This document shows, piece by piece, positions 10,566 to 25,107 of a DNA stretch of 64,000 nucleotides (positions are counted from its first letter, which is position 1; each line of letters opens with the position of its first letter). A program made the position numbers and the translations under genes. The notes below the pieces were generated by a model that was not told the origin of the DNA, did not search any database, and saw nothing but the letters and a program-made list of their open reading frames with translations. The DNA lies in assembly GCF_006345805.1 (NCBI RefSeq), contig NC_043000.1, forward strand, positions 92,256,001 through 92,320,000. Direction: 5' to 3'. This stretch comes from Octopus sinensis. Its lineage: Eukaryota.

Positions 10566-12556
10566 TGAAAGAATTTTAATACGAGAAGATGGAATGAACA
10601 GGCTTTAATCCAAATCACAACAACTGCCTCAGTGCATTAGTAATTGCTGAGTGTTGTTCATATTATACACATTTTTGCATAAATATGATATAGCAGTGCT
10701 CTTAAACCCACTTCTCTGAAGACATGCAAATGCACAGCTATTGTTGAATCATATCAATGGAACAATGTGTGTATATGTAACTCTCAGCAATTCCCAGCAG
10801 AAACAACTCTTGGGATTTGAAATAAAGCCTGTTCATTACATTTTTTTGTACTAACATTTTTGGTATGAATTCTTATTTCTTTATTGCCCATAGGGCGCTA
10901 AACATAGAGGCGACAAACAAAGACAGACAAAGGGATTAAGTCGATTGCATTGACTCCAGTGCATAACTGGTACTTAATTTATCGACCCCGAAAAGATGGA
11001 AGGCAAAGTCGACCTCGGTGGAATTTGAACTCAGAATGTAACGGCAGATAAAATACCACTAAGCATTTCACCCGGCATGCTAATGTTTCTGCCAGCTCAC
11101 CGCCTTTTGGTATGAATTCTGTTTATATTAAGGCTCCATGTATGTTTTAGCATGGTTTCTACAATTGGATACCTTCCCAATGCCAACCTCTTTACAGTGT
11201 GTACTAGATGTCTTTGTGCAGCACTGGCACAGGTGCATTTACATGACACTGGTATGGGTGATTTTTACATGGTACCGGCACCCACGAGCCTGGATGATTA
11301 GAAATGCTCAGTTGGAGGGGGATGCAGGTGACATGCTTGTATGAAAGGACAACCACAGTTTCACTTAGCTTGATGTGTTTTCACAAGCACAGCAAACTGC
11401 CAACAGTCTTGGTTCCCTGACATCCCATCCGGGAGGCCCAAAGATCCTTTCTCACCACTTCATCCCACCTCTTACTGGGTTTACCTTTTCCATCTGCTCT
11501 CTCTGTTTAATTATGATTATTACATGTATGACATATTTTCTGATATATTTATCCCTGTTGCTAAAAATATACTTTCATTTTCACCTGCAATATATAATGG
11601 GTAGCACTCTGGTATTTCAATAATCTCGATAACAAGTTATTATTGGTCACTGATTTGTTGAAAATGAATGTAGAAATTTTATTGACACATTATATTACTG
11701 GTATTCAGTTAATTTACTTGCCTGCATGTGATGAGAGGGAGTCAATTGTTGGGTGATTTGAACTCAAAAATGAGGAAATAAAATCCTGCATGATATTTAG
11801 TCTGCAAACTCATCGATCTCAAAATGTCTGTATAATGCATTAAAAATGAAACACTATACATACATATATATCTATATATGTATATGTATTTACATCTTTC
11901 TCACTCTCTCTTTCTCTCTATCTACATATATATATATATTATATATGTGTATGTATATAAATATATATATATTTATATATATATATTTATATATGTGTAT
12001 GTATGTATATATATATATATATACATACACATATATAAATATATATATATATATATTTATATATGTGTATGTATATATATGTATATGCCTACATATATAT
12101 ATATATTTCATTTACCATACTACAAAAGCAATATGTGGTGCATCATATCTCCTTTCCTTTATTGTATACAAACAAAGTAGAAAGTAGGCTAAGTGAAAGA
12201 GAGAGAGGTGGGGGGAGAGACAGAGACAGACAGACCGACAGAGAGATAGAAAGACAGACAAGCAGACAGACTGGCAGAAGTCAGAGAGAGAGAGAGAGAT
12301 CAGTTGCTATGGATTTTTTTCAGTCTGGTAGAGTTAGTGCCGAGAGTAAAAACTAGATAAGATGATTTATGGTATCCAATGTTTGTTACTTCAAATCCTT
12401 TCTTTGCTTTCACTTCTCTTCTATTCTCTCATCTATAGCAGAGGAGGGTGGAGAGGAGCAGAGTGGAGTTGATAGAATAAGTATGAGACCTACATACATA
12501 TATAAATACACACACATACACAGACACATGTATATGAATGTATAAGTATATAAATA

Positions 12557-12602
<46 letters not shown>

Positions 12603-12989
12603 CATACATACACACATATATACATACATATATACATATAAATAGACACACACATATATATATATACATATAAACATACACACATAGAGTTTTGTTTAAA
12701 AAGTATATCAGAATCAGAATAGCATAGAGTTAATGGAAAAAGATTCCAGCAGCAAATTTTGCAAGTTAGATGATAGAATGAAACCATCAAAAGTAGTAGT
12801 TACCATTATAGAAATACAAAAAGGCTGCAAACTTCATTCATTCATTTTTTTCTCTTTCTTTTTTTTTTTTTCTTGACTTGTTGATTCTGGAGAAAGGGGT
12901 AGAACCCATGACCCTTGGCAGACCCTTTGAAACTAATGGGATTGGTACTGATAATGTTTGGTTTAAATGGTTGCAGAACAATGACTCCA

Positions 12990-13830
12990 GAAAGACATCA
13001 ATATGGGATGAGATTCTAGAGACCAGCCAGGTCCAAGCATCAGTGATCATTATGGTAATGATTCAACAACTACTGGAAAGACACATGAATAGAGAAGGGA
13101 TTCCAGAGGGTCGATGTTGTTGGGGAAGAAGGATTGAAATTAGTTGTTAGTGCAGAAAAATTGGGGTTGAAATGCACCAAGGATGATCAGAAGTGGAGGA
13201 TGAGATACAATGATCAAGAATGCCTTAATGATGGTTATATAAGACAAATCAGCTCCAAGCAACAATGAGCATTATGGTAGGGATTTCACAACCACTGGAG
13301 AAGCATGAATAGAGAAGAGATTCCAGAGGGTTGATGTTGTGGGGAAGAAGGATAAGAAATAGTGGTTAGAGATACAAAACCAACTAGCTCCAAGCAACAG
13401 TGGTCGTTAAGTGAATTATTCAACAATCATTGGAAAGACATGAAAAGAGAGGAGATTCCAGAGGGTTGAATTTGTGGGGAAGGAGGATTGGAAATAAGTG
13501 GTTAGTGTAGGAAAAGTGTTGTTGAAATGCATCGAGGGTGATCAGTGGTGGAGAGAGAGAGACAATGGATCAAGAATGCCTGGGTACCCTTAAAGCCAGG
13601 AATTTTTCAACACCCTCCTGTACATTGATGTCATTGGCAAAGCTATACAGCTTGAAACTGGGGATTTACCAAAGCTGATAGTGGACTGTGATTCCTGGTG
13701 TGGCGTTTCTTGGTTGTTGCCGCTTGAAAGATGAGGTAAAAGAAAAGCAAGAGGCAGAATAGAGGTGTTTTGGAATGCATCACCCACAACAGTCAAGGGA
13801 TTACTACATAGTATCACATCACCGGGAAGC
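12990..13830 (-). pseudogene. Decayed L2/CR1-group LINE 3' end with triplicated C-terminal segment
   Basis: Minus strand gives SFFPTTSTLWN-like peptides (cf. SFFPRTxxLWNSLP) around gattccagaggg at ~13099, ~13320 and ~13455. Confidence 0.5.
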
Positions 13831-14306
13831 CCAGGAAAGGTTGTTTTTGTGGAAGGCCAGCAGTCACCCATGCATGCCAGCCTCTCTTCTTCATGCTATC
13901 GATGTTATCCAAGAGAAAGGCTAAGGCTGATACAGCTTGGCACCAGTGACATTGTAACTCATTTCTACAGCTGAGTGAACTTGAGGAACATGAAATAACA
14001 CCACAGAGGAACTGAACACTACTGCATTGCAACAGACATTTTGGGTTTGATTTTCTTTTTTGTTTTTTTAATGATGATAATGATGATGATGATGATGATG
14101 ATGATTAGGGTGATAGTGATCAAATACAAATATAATTAATGGTTAACTATGTTCGGTTTATCTCAAAGTATACAGATACAACAACTCACATACACATAGA
14201 TATAGAAGCATATATATATTCTCCTCTAGAGAATTTCCCTTGTAGTTTGATCGTTGATGATCTTCTTCTAGCATTCTGGCCGGCTACCTAGCAGGCCAGC
14301 CCTGCC

Positions 14307-14339
<33 letters not shown>

Positions 14340-15319
14340 CTCATATGCATACATATACATACATATGTGTGTGTGTGTGTATGTATGTATGTATTTACAT
14401 ATACATATATAAATAGATAGATAGAGTGATAAATAGATAAATTGAGTGATAGATAGATAGAGTAAATGTACATATATATCTACTTCATTGAAGTGTCCCA
14501 AATGGTAGACTCAATAGTAGTTAACAACCTGCATTTTTCCATCCCCACGATCCTCTTGTGAGACAATTCTGTCAGAATAATGTTGGTTCTTGATCAGAAT
14601 CTATCACTTTTATGAGTGGAGAGGAAACAAGAACTTAGAATTTTTGTCATATAATTTTGTTATCTTGGAAATAACTCTTTAGTTAATCTCAGGACATTGG
14701 CTGACCATTATGGCTTATTTCATTAATGTCTGACTATCAGTTAACATATCTGTGAGGTAGTCTATTGTGGATACCACAATGCATTCCATATAGATAGGGC
14801 TGAGATTTATCTCCCCCTCTGTTCCCTTGTTGTCCATTCATGGAAATTGTGCTTCCAGGCATACAATAGATTGGTTTCAAATTTTGACCGAAGGCCAGCA
14901 ACTCCAGGGAGTGGGTAAGTTGATTACATCAACCTTAGTGCTTAACTGGTACATATTTTACCAATCCTAGGTGGAATTTGAACTCGGATCATACAGACGA
15001 AGCATTTTACCCAGCATGCTTATGGTTCTGCCAGCTTGCTATCCTAGTCACACAGTATATTAAAGTAGAGGATAGTTCCTATCTTTCTCCTTAAGAAAAA
15101 TGCTGTTGTTATTGTTATTGTTGCTGGTCCCCTGGTCAACCTTGACTGAACAGACCTATAATCAAAGCATTTCGAACCATATCCAACCAGACTTTTTAAA
15201 GGCAAGTTGGACAACATTTTTGTTGTGTCTAGTGAGAATCATTATGTCCCTAGTCACATGAATTCACATAAAGAATCTTGCATACCAGATACAAAAATAA
15301 AGCAGTAGGAAGATGTTAT

Positions 15320-15930
15320 TTAATGTGCTTTATACAGCTATGGTGCGACCTCACCTGGAATTTGCATCACCAGTCTGGAACCCCTATCTTGCCCAGGATA
15401 TTAATTGTCTGGAAACCGTTCAGTGATGTGCAACCAAGAGAATACCCACCATCAGGCATTTGCCATATTCTGAATGCCTTACTTCCCTGGGCATGGATAC
15501 ATTGAAACTCCAACGTCTGGCAGCTGACGAGGCAGACACCCATAAAATTGTTAACCATCTTACTAACAATAACTCTGAGCACCTTTTCAAACTCCACCTG
15601 TCTAACACCCGTGGACATGTTTACAAAGTCAGAAAACAGCACAGCTCCCATGACTTTCAGGAACATTTTTTCATGCTAAGAGTTGCTGAAGCATGGAACA
15701 AACTGCCAGCATCAGTTGTTAGTTGTCGGAGCACTGCATCCTTCAAAACTTCCATGCTTCCTGAGATTCACCAACACTACACGTGATTTTCTCCCCTCCA
15801 TACACACACAAGCATGTATCTGATTCATACATTGTTCACTTTCCAGTCATTATTGCATATCTTTATATGCACTTTTGACAAGTTGTGGTGTACCTGAGCA
15901 CTGTATACAATAATTTCATTATTATTATTA
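15320..15930 (+). mobile_element. CR1-clade LINE 3' fragment
   Basis: LYTAMVRPHLEFASPVWNPYL...LETVQ*CATKRIP...NTRGH...FFMLRVAEAWNKLPASVV; 3' UTR ends in (ATT)n. Confidence 0.9.
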
Positions 15931-16323
15931 TAAAGCTATGAAGAGTATTAGTTTAAAATAGTCCTCAGATGGAAAACAAATTGAAGGTTTTTAACCTAAT
16001 ATTCTACGTGTTGTTATTTGATATTTTATAAACTTTGAGAAATAATCATAAATAATCTTTTTGGCAGTAAACAATGATTAAGTAAAGAGGTAAGTCTTTG
16101 CTTTTTTTTTTATTTCCTTGTATCTTGTGTGTCACATCATTGGCACCTATGCCAATGACATGTAAAAAGCACCCACTACACTCTTGGAGTGGTTGGCATT
16201 AGGAAGAGCATCCAGATGTAGAAACCATGCCAGATCAGATTGGAACCTGGTGCAGCTTCCCAGCTTACCAGTTTTCAGTCAAACCGTCCAACGTTAAATG
16301 GTGATGATGATGATGGTGTGTTT

Positions 16324-16363
<40 letters not shown>

Positions 16364-19300
16364 TGTGTATGTGTGTGTGTCTTTGTGTCTGTCTTTGTTC
16401 TCTGCTACTGCTTGATAACTGGTATAGGTGTGTTTACATCCCAGGAACATCAGTGGTTCAGCAAAAGAGACTGAGAGAATGAGCATTAGACTTCAAAAAT
16501 AAATAAGTACTAGGGTCGATCCATTTGTCTAAAAGTTGCCCAGCATAACTGCAGTCACATGACTGAAACTAGTAAAAGATAAAAAGATAATTTGTCTTAG
16601 TCAATTTAGGTGGAAATATTAATTTTAAGTATAGTTAAAGGTCCACATTAATTTTTTTCTTACTGAAAGTGATACATTATTCTATTTACATTTGCAGATC
16701 ATCGTTGGCTTATGGTCACAACTGGTTCCATCTGACTGGTCAAAGTTGATTTGGTAAGAAGTCAGCCTATAGGCTTATACATAGCTTTGTTTTATATTTT
16801 TGCATTCTTAAGGTACATTCTCATGTAAAAGTCATAAGCAGCATTTTGTATCATACTATTACACAGGTGTTAGTCAAACTTTTGGTGTCTCAAGCAATCG
16901 TCTTATAAACGAATTTAAGGTTGCCTTGATGTCTCCGTGACAAGATATTCATCCAACACTTGGGATAATCACAGTGGCAATTGATAATCAAACCCAGGGG
17001 AACTGTTTGTTAGCTGACACCATTCGTAGATGGGTTAATTTCTAAGAAATTAAACCCATTAGATTCCAGCTGGACTATTTATTATTGCTGCCGGAAGTTG
17101 GCATGCCAATTGCCATAAAGTCGATCGGTCATAAGTCGGACGGTTCATAAGTCAATGATGACCTGTAGATTACGTTTACCTTGATTTGATAATGTTTGGT
17201 AGTTTACATGTGAATGTTTCATTACAATTTGGCATTATTTTTATTCAGCTTTATATCATTTGTCTGTTTTATAGATGGAAATATTTGTTTAAATATATTT
17301 TCTATAATCAAGGTTTTATTTTCAATAGCAATTGGTCTACATTGGTTTATTCCTGTGTCATATCTTAAGATAACCGAAGCTTAATAGTTTAAGTTATAAG
17401 TTATTCTGTTTAGTTTTATTAATGTTTTCATGTTTTAAATATGTGTTATAGATTGCTAGATGGCAATATCTAATAGTTTATGTTCTTTAATTAATTTATG
17501 TACTTGCAGTTATAGGCTATTATTTTCCTGAGGTTATTATTTTCCATTTCATATATTTGCAGCTTGCTTCTGATATTGTTCAATATCACCGTTTTCAAAA
17601 CATTTAGTTCGTTTGTTCATTTTAATGTTCTATAGTTTTTAAGTTCTATAATTCTTTAGGTGGCAATATGCATTTTGATGGCATTTCTTTGTTTTCTGTG
17701 TTTTATTTTTCAATTTCTGTGCTTCTTATCTATAGTCATGTAATCATTTATGTTTGAGATTTGATATTTACATTTCTAACAATAAGTATCTGTAGAAATA
17801 AAAGACATATTGCATTAATGGTTCATTCCCATGCTATGTTTATGTTTTTAATGCTACTTATCCTGTCAGATTGAATGCTACTGCTGAGGTGTTGAAACCA
17901 TAATGATAACAGTTAGGCAGCTGATGAAGGATCTATATATTTGCTGTGCTTGTTAAGTGGGAAATTTTCATATTTTATGTTATAATGTTCTAAGTTGCTT
18001 TCATTGAAATTTTAGTTCTTGTAGGGTTAAACTTGTTTAAGTATTCTTGGTTTCTTGGTTGTTTCAATGTATGTATTTTGCCATACATTGGTATTGTAAG
18101 ATTGTCCTTCATAGGTCTAATTCTCCTAAGAGTAATGCTAGTTCAAGGATTTCTAGTTTATGAAGGTTTTGCTGCACACACACAAACATGCATGCATGCA
18201 TGCATGCATACACAAGCAAACAAACAAACAGACACATATATATGTATGTGTATTGATAGATAATAAATAGATATACAGGTGTATATACATATGTCTAAAT
18301 ATATAAATACAAATATATATTTATGTACATACACATGCACATACAAACACACACACACACAAATAAATACATGAATGTGTTGAGAGCGAGATAGAAAGAT
18401 ACATGTATTATCATCATCATCTTCAACATCATCCTCATTTAACGTCCAAATATATAAAAATTATATAATTAGAGATTGAGAACTAAGCCACAAACAGCTG
18501 ATGGTATTCAAAATATAAACCATTTTACACTGGTAGATAAAATTACCAATTTATTTGTGAGTCGCCAGTACTGAAACAGTTAACTCATCATGGACATCAT
18601 ATACCGTTTTGTTTTGCTCTGGAATTTGCTTCAAATTAACTGAGAGAGAGAGAAAAAGAGAGAGAGAGAGAGAGAGATGGGGAAGTAAGGAGCTAACTGT
18701 GATCTTAATGGCAACCCTATATTCCAAGTAGAGAAGATCAGGGTGGATCACTTCCTGTTAATGCGTTTGTTGTTATTGCTAAGTCTCATATTATTATTTA
18801 TAAATGTATAATATTTCATATCTTTTATGATAAATATCTCAGCTGATACAGAACAATTAGCATCATTCTCTAATCTATTCCTTGCTTCCCACTCCCCCAC
18901 ATACTCTCACAACTTCCACCCATGCACATGCTTGGTTCTTCTGTCCACACTTCTGCTCATCTTGTACCTTGAGAGTTCATACAAACACCTCATCACCAAT
19001 ATATTTTTATCTCTTTCCATCTCTTTTTCCTGAACACTCCTTACCTCTCATCTAAAATGTGAATTGTCATGTAGCTTCTCTACAATAAGAATACCTGTTC
19101 TACTTTGGCCATTATATTCACATTTTATCCCCCTCATCTCCTAGCAAAAAGCTGTTTTCTTCCTCAGGGTTTGTAGTCTTGTAAGCCTCATGGTAAGCTC
19201 AGCTAGTGTGAGTGGTACAGAAAAAAAAAGCACCTTCTACATGCTATTAAGTGGTTGACTTTAGGAAAGGCATTCAACCACATGTTTGGAAAGGAAACAT

Positions 19301-19619
19301 CTTAATTCCACAGCCATTAACATAACATTAATAAGGGTAAAGAACCTTTTGGTCATGAATGACCATGGGATTGCACTCTCTGAGGCACAAATTAGGTATG
19401 GCTGCTTATGGAAGACCAGCAGTCACCTATGCATACAGCCTCCCCTCTCCACACCACTGATATTATCCAAGGGGAAGGCAAATGCTGATACAGCTTGGCA
19501 CCAGTGATCTTGCAACTCATTTCTACAGCTGAGTGAACTGGAGTAACATGAAGTAAAGTGTCTTGCCCAAGAACACAACACACATAACAACATTAACACT
19601 TAAACTTTTTTTGTTTTGT

Positions 19620-20190
19620 AATTAATATTTTTAATTCTTGTAAACTTGTTATTTTGTCACATGGCTTTCTACCTGTCTCAGCCATTCTTTTGATACTTGT
19701 TACACATTTCTTATTTTCTTATTGTATATACCCTGCATATTTTTTTATCTTTGACATTTGCTCAGATGGTCTTCTTCCAATTGTTTTTTCTTGTTGATTA
19801 CCACTGACTTTGTTTTTGATACATATATTTCAATTCCATGAGGTATTACCTTGTCATTCTTTATGGTTATAAGATTCTGTATGTAACCTGCTTTGAAACA
19901 TATAACAAGGATGTCAATTTGCATATCAAAGATGATTGATGATAATATCTCCTATTAACAATCCTGGCATATCTTCTACTTCTCTGAAGATCTCAATATA
20001 TATATGGGTCAAATAGGCATTGTTTGACTCATTCTGAGGTTTTCCCTATTCAATTCTTATCACTGCCATTTGGTTGCACAATAGTTTTGATATTATTTGG
20101 AAGCCTTTGCCACATGTTCTGAGTTCTGATAGACAATCAAATGTCTTCACATGTTTTACTTTGTCAAATGCCTGTAGTGAGGTCTCTGCC
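19620..20190 (-). pseudogene. Old RTE RT relic
   Basis: Manual minus-strand translation: QAFDKVKH..FDCLSELRTCGKGFQII..IFREVEDMPGLLIGDIIINHL*YAN, matching RTE KAFDKVKH...GxxINNLRYADD; many stops. Confidence 0.6.
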
Positions 20191-21040
20191 AAGATTCGAA
20201 ACCACCTTATGCAAATTTCTAATTAGAACCTCAGTTTAACCCTTTTGTTACTGTATTTTATTTTGAGATGCTCTATGTTTCTTTCAATTACTTTAAATGA
20301 GAAAGAATTTAGTAAAATAACTTAGCTATCATTCAGCTAGTATTAGGAACATAAATTGTAACTAAGGTTTGGTGGAAGATTTTAATTCAAAACTTATGGA
20401 AACAAGACATTTGTACTTAGAGCCAGAGCTGGTTTCAGCCAGGTTGGTAACAAAAGGGTTAAACAGATTTCTAGACTAGACACTAATGTGTACTTGATTT
20501 GGCCAATGATGTGACATGGTTAATGCAGTAAAATTTAAAGGAAGCCTGTGAGTTTTCCTACTAAATAATTTGATTGAAAGTCCTAGAAATTTTTGCCAAA
20601 CATTATATAAATCTAGTGAATTAAACCCATGGAAACAAGTTGCTTTTTGCACAAGATATTCTCTCACCTCTTTTCTACATATCCTTATTTAACATGCTTG
20701 TGTCATGCTCAACAAACAGCAAAGATGTTGAGCTGTACTGATGAATCATGTATGCATTACTTATATGTAATAGTTCTCAATCTTTCTACTTATTCTGTCT
20801 GCAATAACTAAGAACTATTTTCATATCATTATATAGCATATTGTATTACATAAGACTTTTAACTATGCCATTCTATATCTCATGGATGTTGTTTCATTTA
20901 ACCAAATACTTGTATGCATGTAAAAGCAAATGTTTTGGTTAATAAAGATATGTGGAAACTCAAATAAATATCAGTTTGCTTTTTCTCACTTTCACACACA
21001 TTCTATCTTATACTGTGTATTAAAAAATAATAAATGCGCC

Positions 21041-21527
21041 CTTTTAAAGCCTTGCCAGGCTCATGGGCCCGGTTTCCCAGTTTCAATGGCATATGTGTTC
21101 CCAGCTGGACAGGATGCCAGTCCATCACAGCGTTACTCATTTTTGCCAGCTGAGTGGACTGGAGCAATGTGAAATGAAGTGTTTTGCTCAATAACACAAC
21201 GCATCGCCCAGTCCAGGAATCGAAACCACAATCTTACGATCATGATGCTGACATCCTAATCACTAAGCCATGTGCCTCTGCTGTGCCATTTTAAAGCCTA
21301 GCCAGGCTCACGGGACCATTTTCTCAGTTTCAATGGCGTATGTATTCCCCAGCTGAATGGGACGCCAGTCTATCACAGTGTTACTCTTTTTTGCCAGCTG
21401 AGTGGACTGGAGCAAAGTGAAATGAAGTGTTTTGCTCAAGAACACAACACGTCGCCCAGTCCAGGAATTGAAACCACAATCTTATGATCATGATGTTGAC
21501 ACCCTAACCACTAAGCCACGCGCCTCC
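21041..21527 (-). mobile_element. Head-to-tail dimer of SINE family C, tail type 3
   Basis: Two ~240-bp copies (21041-21277, 21289-21527), each with a minus-strand tRNA head (tggcttagtggttagg...tttcgattcc) and the shared core. Confidence 0.85.
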
Positions 21528-21639
21528 ACTATACTGTGTATTACTAACAATGAATTAATCACTAAGATCCTCAAAATGCTTTTGCATAATAAATGAAACA
21601 TATAAGTATTGGTTTATATGGAAAGCTCATTTACATACT

Positions 21640-22050
21640 TTTATTCCTTTATTCTTTTATTTGTTTCAGTCATTTGACTATGGCCATGCTGGAGCACTGC
21701 CTTAAAGGGTCTGAGTTGAAGAAATTGACCTCAAGACTTATTCTAGTACTTGCTCTATTGGTCTCTTTTGCCAAACCACTAAGTTACAGGGCCATAAAGA
21801 CACCAGCATTAGTTGTCAAGCGATGGGAGGAGAACAAACAGAGAAACACACACACAAATACACACATACATATACACACACACGTGATGTGCTTCTTTCA
21901 GTTTCCATTTACCAAATCCATTCACAAGGCTTTGGTCAGCCCATGACTATAGGTAGCAGATACTTACCCAATGTGCCACACAGCGGGTGATCCCAGAACC
22001 ATGTGAGTTGGCAGCAAGTTTCTTACCACACAGCAATGCCTGCACCTATA
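21640..22050 (-). mobile_element. SINE family B (~420 bp, tRNA-like head, internal (CA/TA)n)
   Basis: Matches copies at 22695-23100, 23415-23820, 34111-34535(+), 38700-39070, 39962-40362, 40405-40750(+), 45820-46135(+), 53582-53975, 63117-63450(+). Confidence 0.85.
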
Positions 22051-22694
22051 GCCACTTTGGTTGGATGTTCCTTGAAGAGTTCCTGGTCTAAATCAACTTT
22101 GTTGTTCATTTATTCTGGCTTTAATTCTTTGTAGGAAGTATTTTTTTCAAGATAGTTTAGTCACATGATTTGTCAGTCTTAAGGGTCAAAAATTTGAGCA
22201 GTTTTGAGTCTTTTCTTTGTATTTTTGTAATGGAATGAATATAGATTATTTCATCTCAGGTGTCTATTCATTCTCACTTATTTAAGACATTACATAAAAC
22301 TGCTATAAAATCTAAGATATGATTTTCTAATAATTCGTACATTATTTCATATGCCATCCATCAAATTTACTGTCTTTCCTACTTCTTATGTGTGGTGTTA
22401 GTTTGTGAGAAACAATAGCCATCTAGAGCAATTTATGTCACTTGTCTCATCATAATGTTCTCTCTCTTTCTCTCTCTCTTTCACTTTTCTTATGTAACAT
22501 TCTTATATCATATTCAACAAAAGGTTCCAACCTTAACTTGTAGTTCTGAAAAATATGTTAATTATAGGCAGTGATTTAAATTCCTTGCACTACTTTGTAA
22601 TGTTCTCCAGCAAATCAAATACCAAAAGATTCCTAACCATTATGTTTGTTGAAGTTATTCCATAGCTTATTGGATGCACATATACACTATTACT

Positions 22695-23321
22695 CTTTTA
22701 CTTGTTTCAGTCATTTCACAGCAGCCATGCTGGAGCACCACCTTTAGTTGAGCAAATCGACCCCAGGACTTATTTTTTGTAAGTTTAGGACTTATTCTCT
22801 CAGTCCCTTTTGCCAAACTGTTAAGTTACAGGGACTTTAACACACCATCATCGATTGTCAAGCAATGGCAGGAGGACAAAAACAGTTACACAACTACATA
22901 TATACATACACACACACACACACATATGTATACGGCAGGCTTCTTTCAGTTTCCGTCTACCAAATCCACTCACAAGGCTTTGGTCAATCCAAGACTAGAG
23001 TAGAAGACACATGCCCAAGGTGTCACAGTAGAACTGAACCTGGAACTATGTAGTTGAGAAGCAATATTCTTACCACACAGCCATGCCTGCACCCAGCCAT
23101 GTAAATTTAACAAAACAATTTTAATCATTAGACTGTGGCCATGCTGGGGCACTACCTTGAGGAACTTTTAGTTGTATAAATCACTCTTAGTACTTAGATT
23201 ATTTTCAAGCCTGGTACTTATTTTATTGGTATTTTTTGTCAGACTGCTTGGTAAACAAACCAGCACCAGTTGTCAAGCGGTGGTGGGGTACAAACAAAGA
23301 GACACAGGCATAGATGTGTGT

Positions 23322-23352
<31 letters not shown>

Positions 23353-23815
23353 CACACACACAAGCACACACACATATATACACATGCACACAGACACACA
23401 CACATGTATACTCTTTTACTCTTTTACTTGTTTCAGTCATTTGACTGTGGCAATGCTGGAGCACTACCTTTAGTCGAGCAAATCGACCACATGACTTATT
23501 CTTTGTAAGCCTATTACTTATTCTATTGGTCTCTTTTGCTGAACCACTAAGTTACTGGGATGTAAACACACCAGCATCAGTTGTCAAGTTATGTTGGGGG
23601 ACAAACACAGACACACGAACACACACACACATATATATATACATATACATATATACGATGGACTTCTTTCAGTTTTCGTCTACCAAATCCACTCACAAGG
23701 CTTTGGTCGGCCCGAGGTTATAGTAGAAGACACTTGCCCAAGGTGCCACGCAGTGGGACTGAACCCAGAACCATGTGGTTCGTAAGCAAGCTACTCACCA
23801 CCACACAGTCACTCC

Positions 23816-23863
<48 letters not shown>

Positions 23864-24020
23864 CGTACAACTGGCTTCTTCCAGTTTCCATCAACTAAAT
23901 CCACTCACAAGGCTTTGCTCAACTGGAGGCTATAGCAGAGGACACTTGCCCAAGGTGCCACAGAGTGGGACTGAACCTGGAACCATGTAGTTGGAAGCAA
24001 GCTTTTTACTACACCTGCAC
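22695..24020 (-). mobile_element. Cluster of four same-orientation family B SINE copies or fragments
   Basis: Repeated ttttacttgtttcagtcattt...gccatgctggagcac starts and caaatccactcacaaggctttgg motifs. Confidence 0.85.
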
Positions 24021-24199
24021 CTATGCAAATTAATAAAATATTTGAAAACTCAATAATTAAACTTTAGTGTGATCATTGTCTATGCATGCAACTTACCTCA
24101 CATTGTGAGCAGTCAAAGAAAAATGTATGACCAACCAACATACTAAAAAACTATTTAACCATCACAAATACTCTATGTAGCAATCACTGACAAATTTAT

Positions 24200-24850
24200 G
24201 ATAAAGGAGTCCAAGTGACATAACAAGAAATTACATAGACTGATAAACCGATGGTTTAGAAATTGTGGAACTAGCATAAATATACCCTGGAGCAGATATC
24301 CATCCAAGCTATAATCCAGTGATAATTAAATTAAAAATCAAACTTAGGGAAATGAAAATAGCTAAAAGATGAGAACAGTAAAATGTAAACCTTGCAAAAA
24401 TACAGACAAAAATATGTATATATAGAAATATAAAGTGGAAATATGAACACAAGTATGAATATTTACACAATGAATGGCAAGAAATATGAAGAGGTTATAA
24501 TAAAGAATGCATAGAAGACAAATGGAATACAATTAAAATTTGCATGCAAACATCGCTAAAGAAAACAATGCCTGAAAGGGAAAAGAAAACGAGAAGAAGA
24601 AAATATAAAAATGGATGACTGATGAAATTCTATCAAAAATGGAAGAAAGAAAGAATAAATAAGAGAGGTCTGTTATGAATGTAGAAAACACAAAAAAAAA
24701 AAACAGAAAAAAAACAAGAACAACAACAATAACAAAAGAGGAAATGGCTGGATGATCAATAGCAAGTAGTTGAAAAACATAACAAGCAACATAAAATCTA
24801 AAGAAAATGTATGATAAAATAAACGAGATAACAAACAACAAATGCACGAG
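24200..24850 (+). pseudogene. Old RTE relic (endonuclease C-terminus and tether)
   Basis: RWFRNCGTSI..YPGADI..YNPVIIKLKIKL...KWNTIK...KWMTDEILSKMEERK, matching RTE RFRN...YPGADIxSDHNPV and WMTxEILxxMEER. Confidence 0.6.
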
Positions 24851-25107
24851 CAAACGAAGTGGTAACATTAAGGACAAAAATGGAAACATACCGTTTGATC
24901 AAAAGCAGATTGCATCCAGATAGGGGGGGAGTCGGTGGGTGGTGGTGGTGGTGGAGAAGAATACGATATATAAAATAACTAACTCTACCAGGATGGAAAC
25001 ATACTGCCTATGCCTAATTTTCAAGCTGCTAATGGAAACAAAATCTTGAATATCTTGCTTAAGACACTTGAAAATAAAATCAAACTACATATATGTAATA
25101 CATATAT

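Noticed and set aside
17150-17230. C/D snoRNA suggested by an ATGATGA C-box
   Set aside because: No CTGA D-box or terminal stem at a suitable distance.
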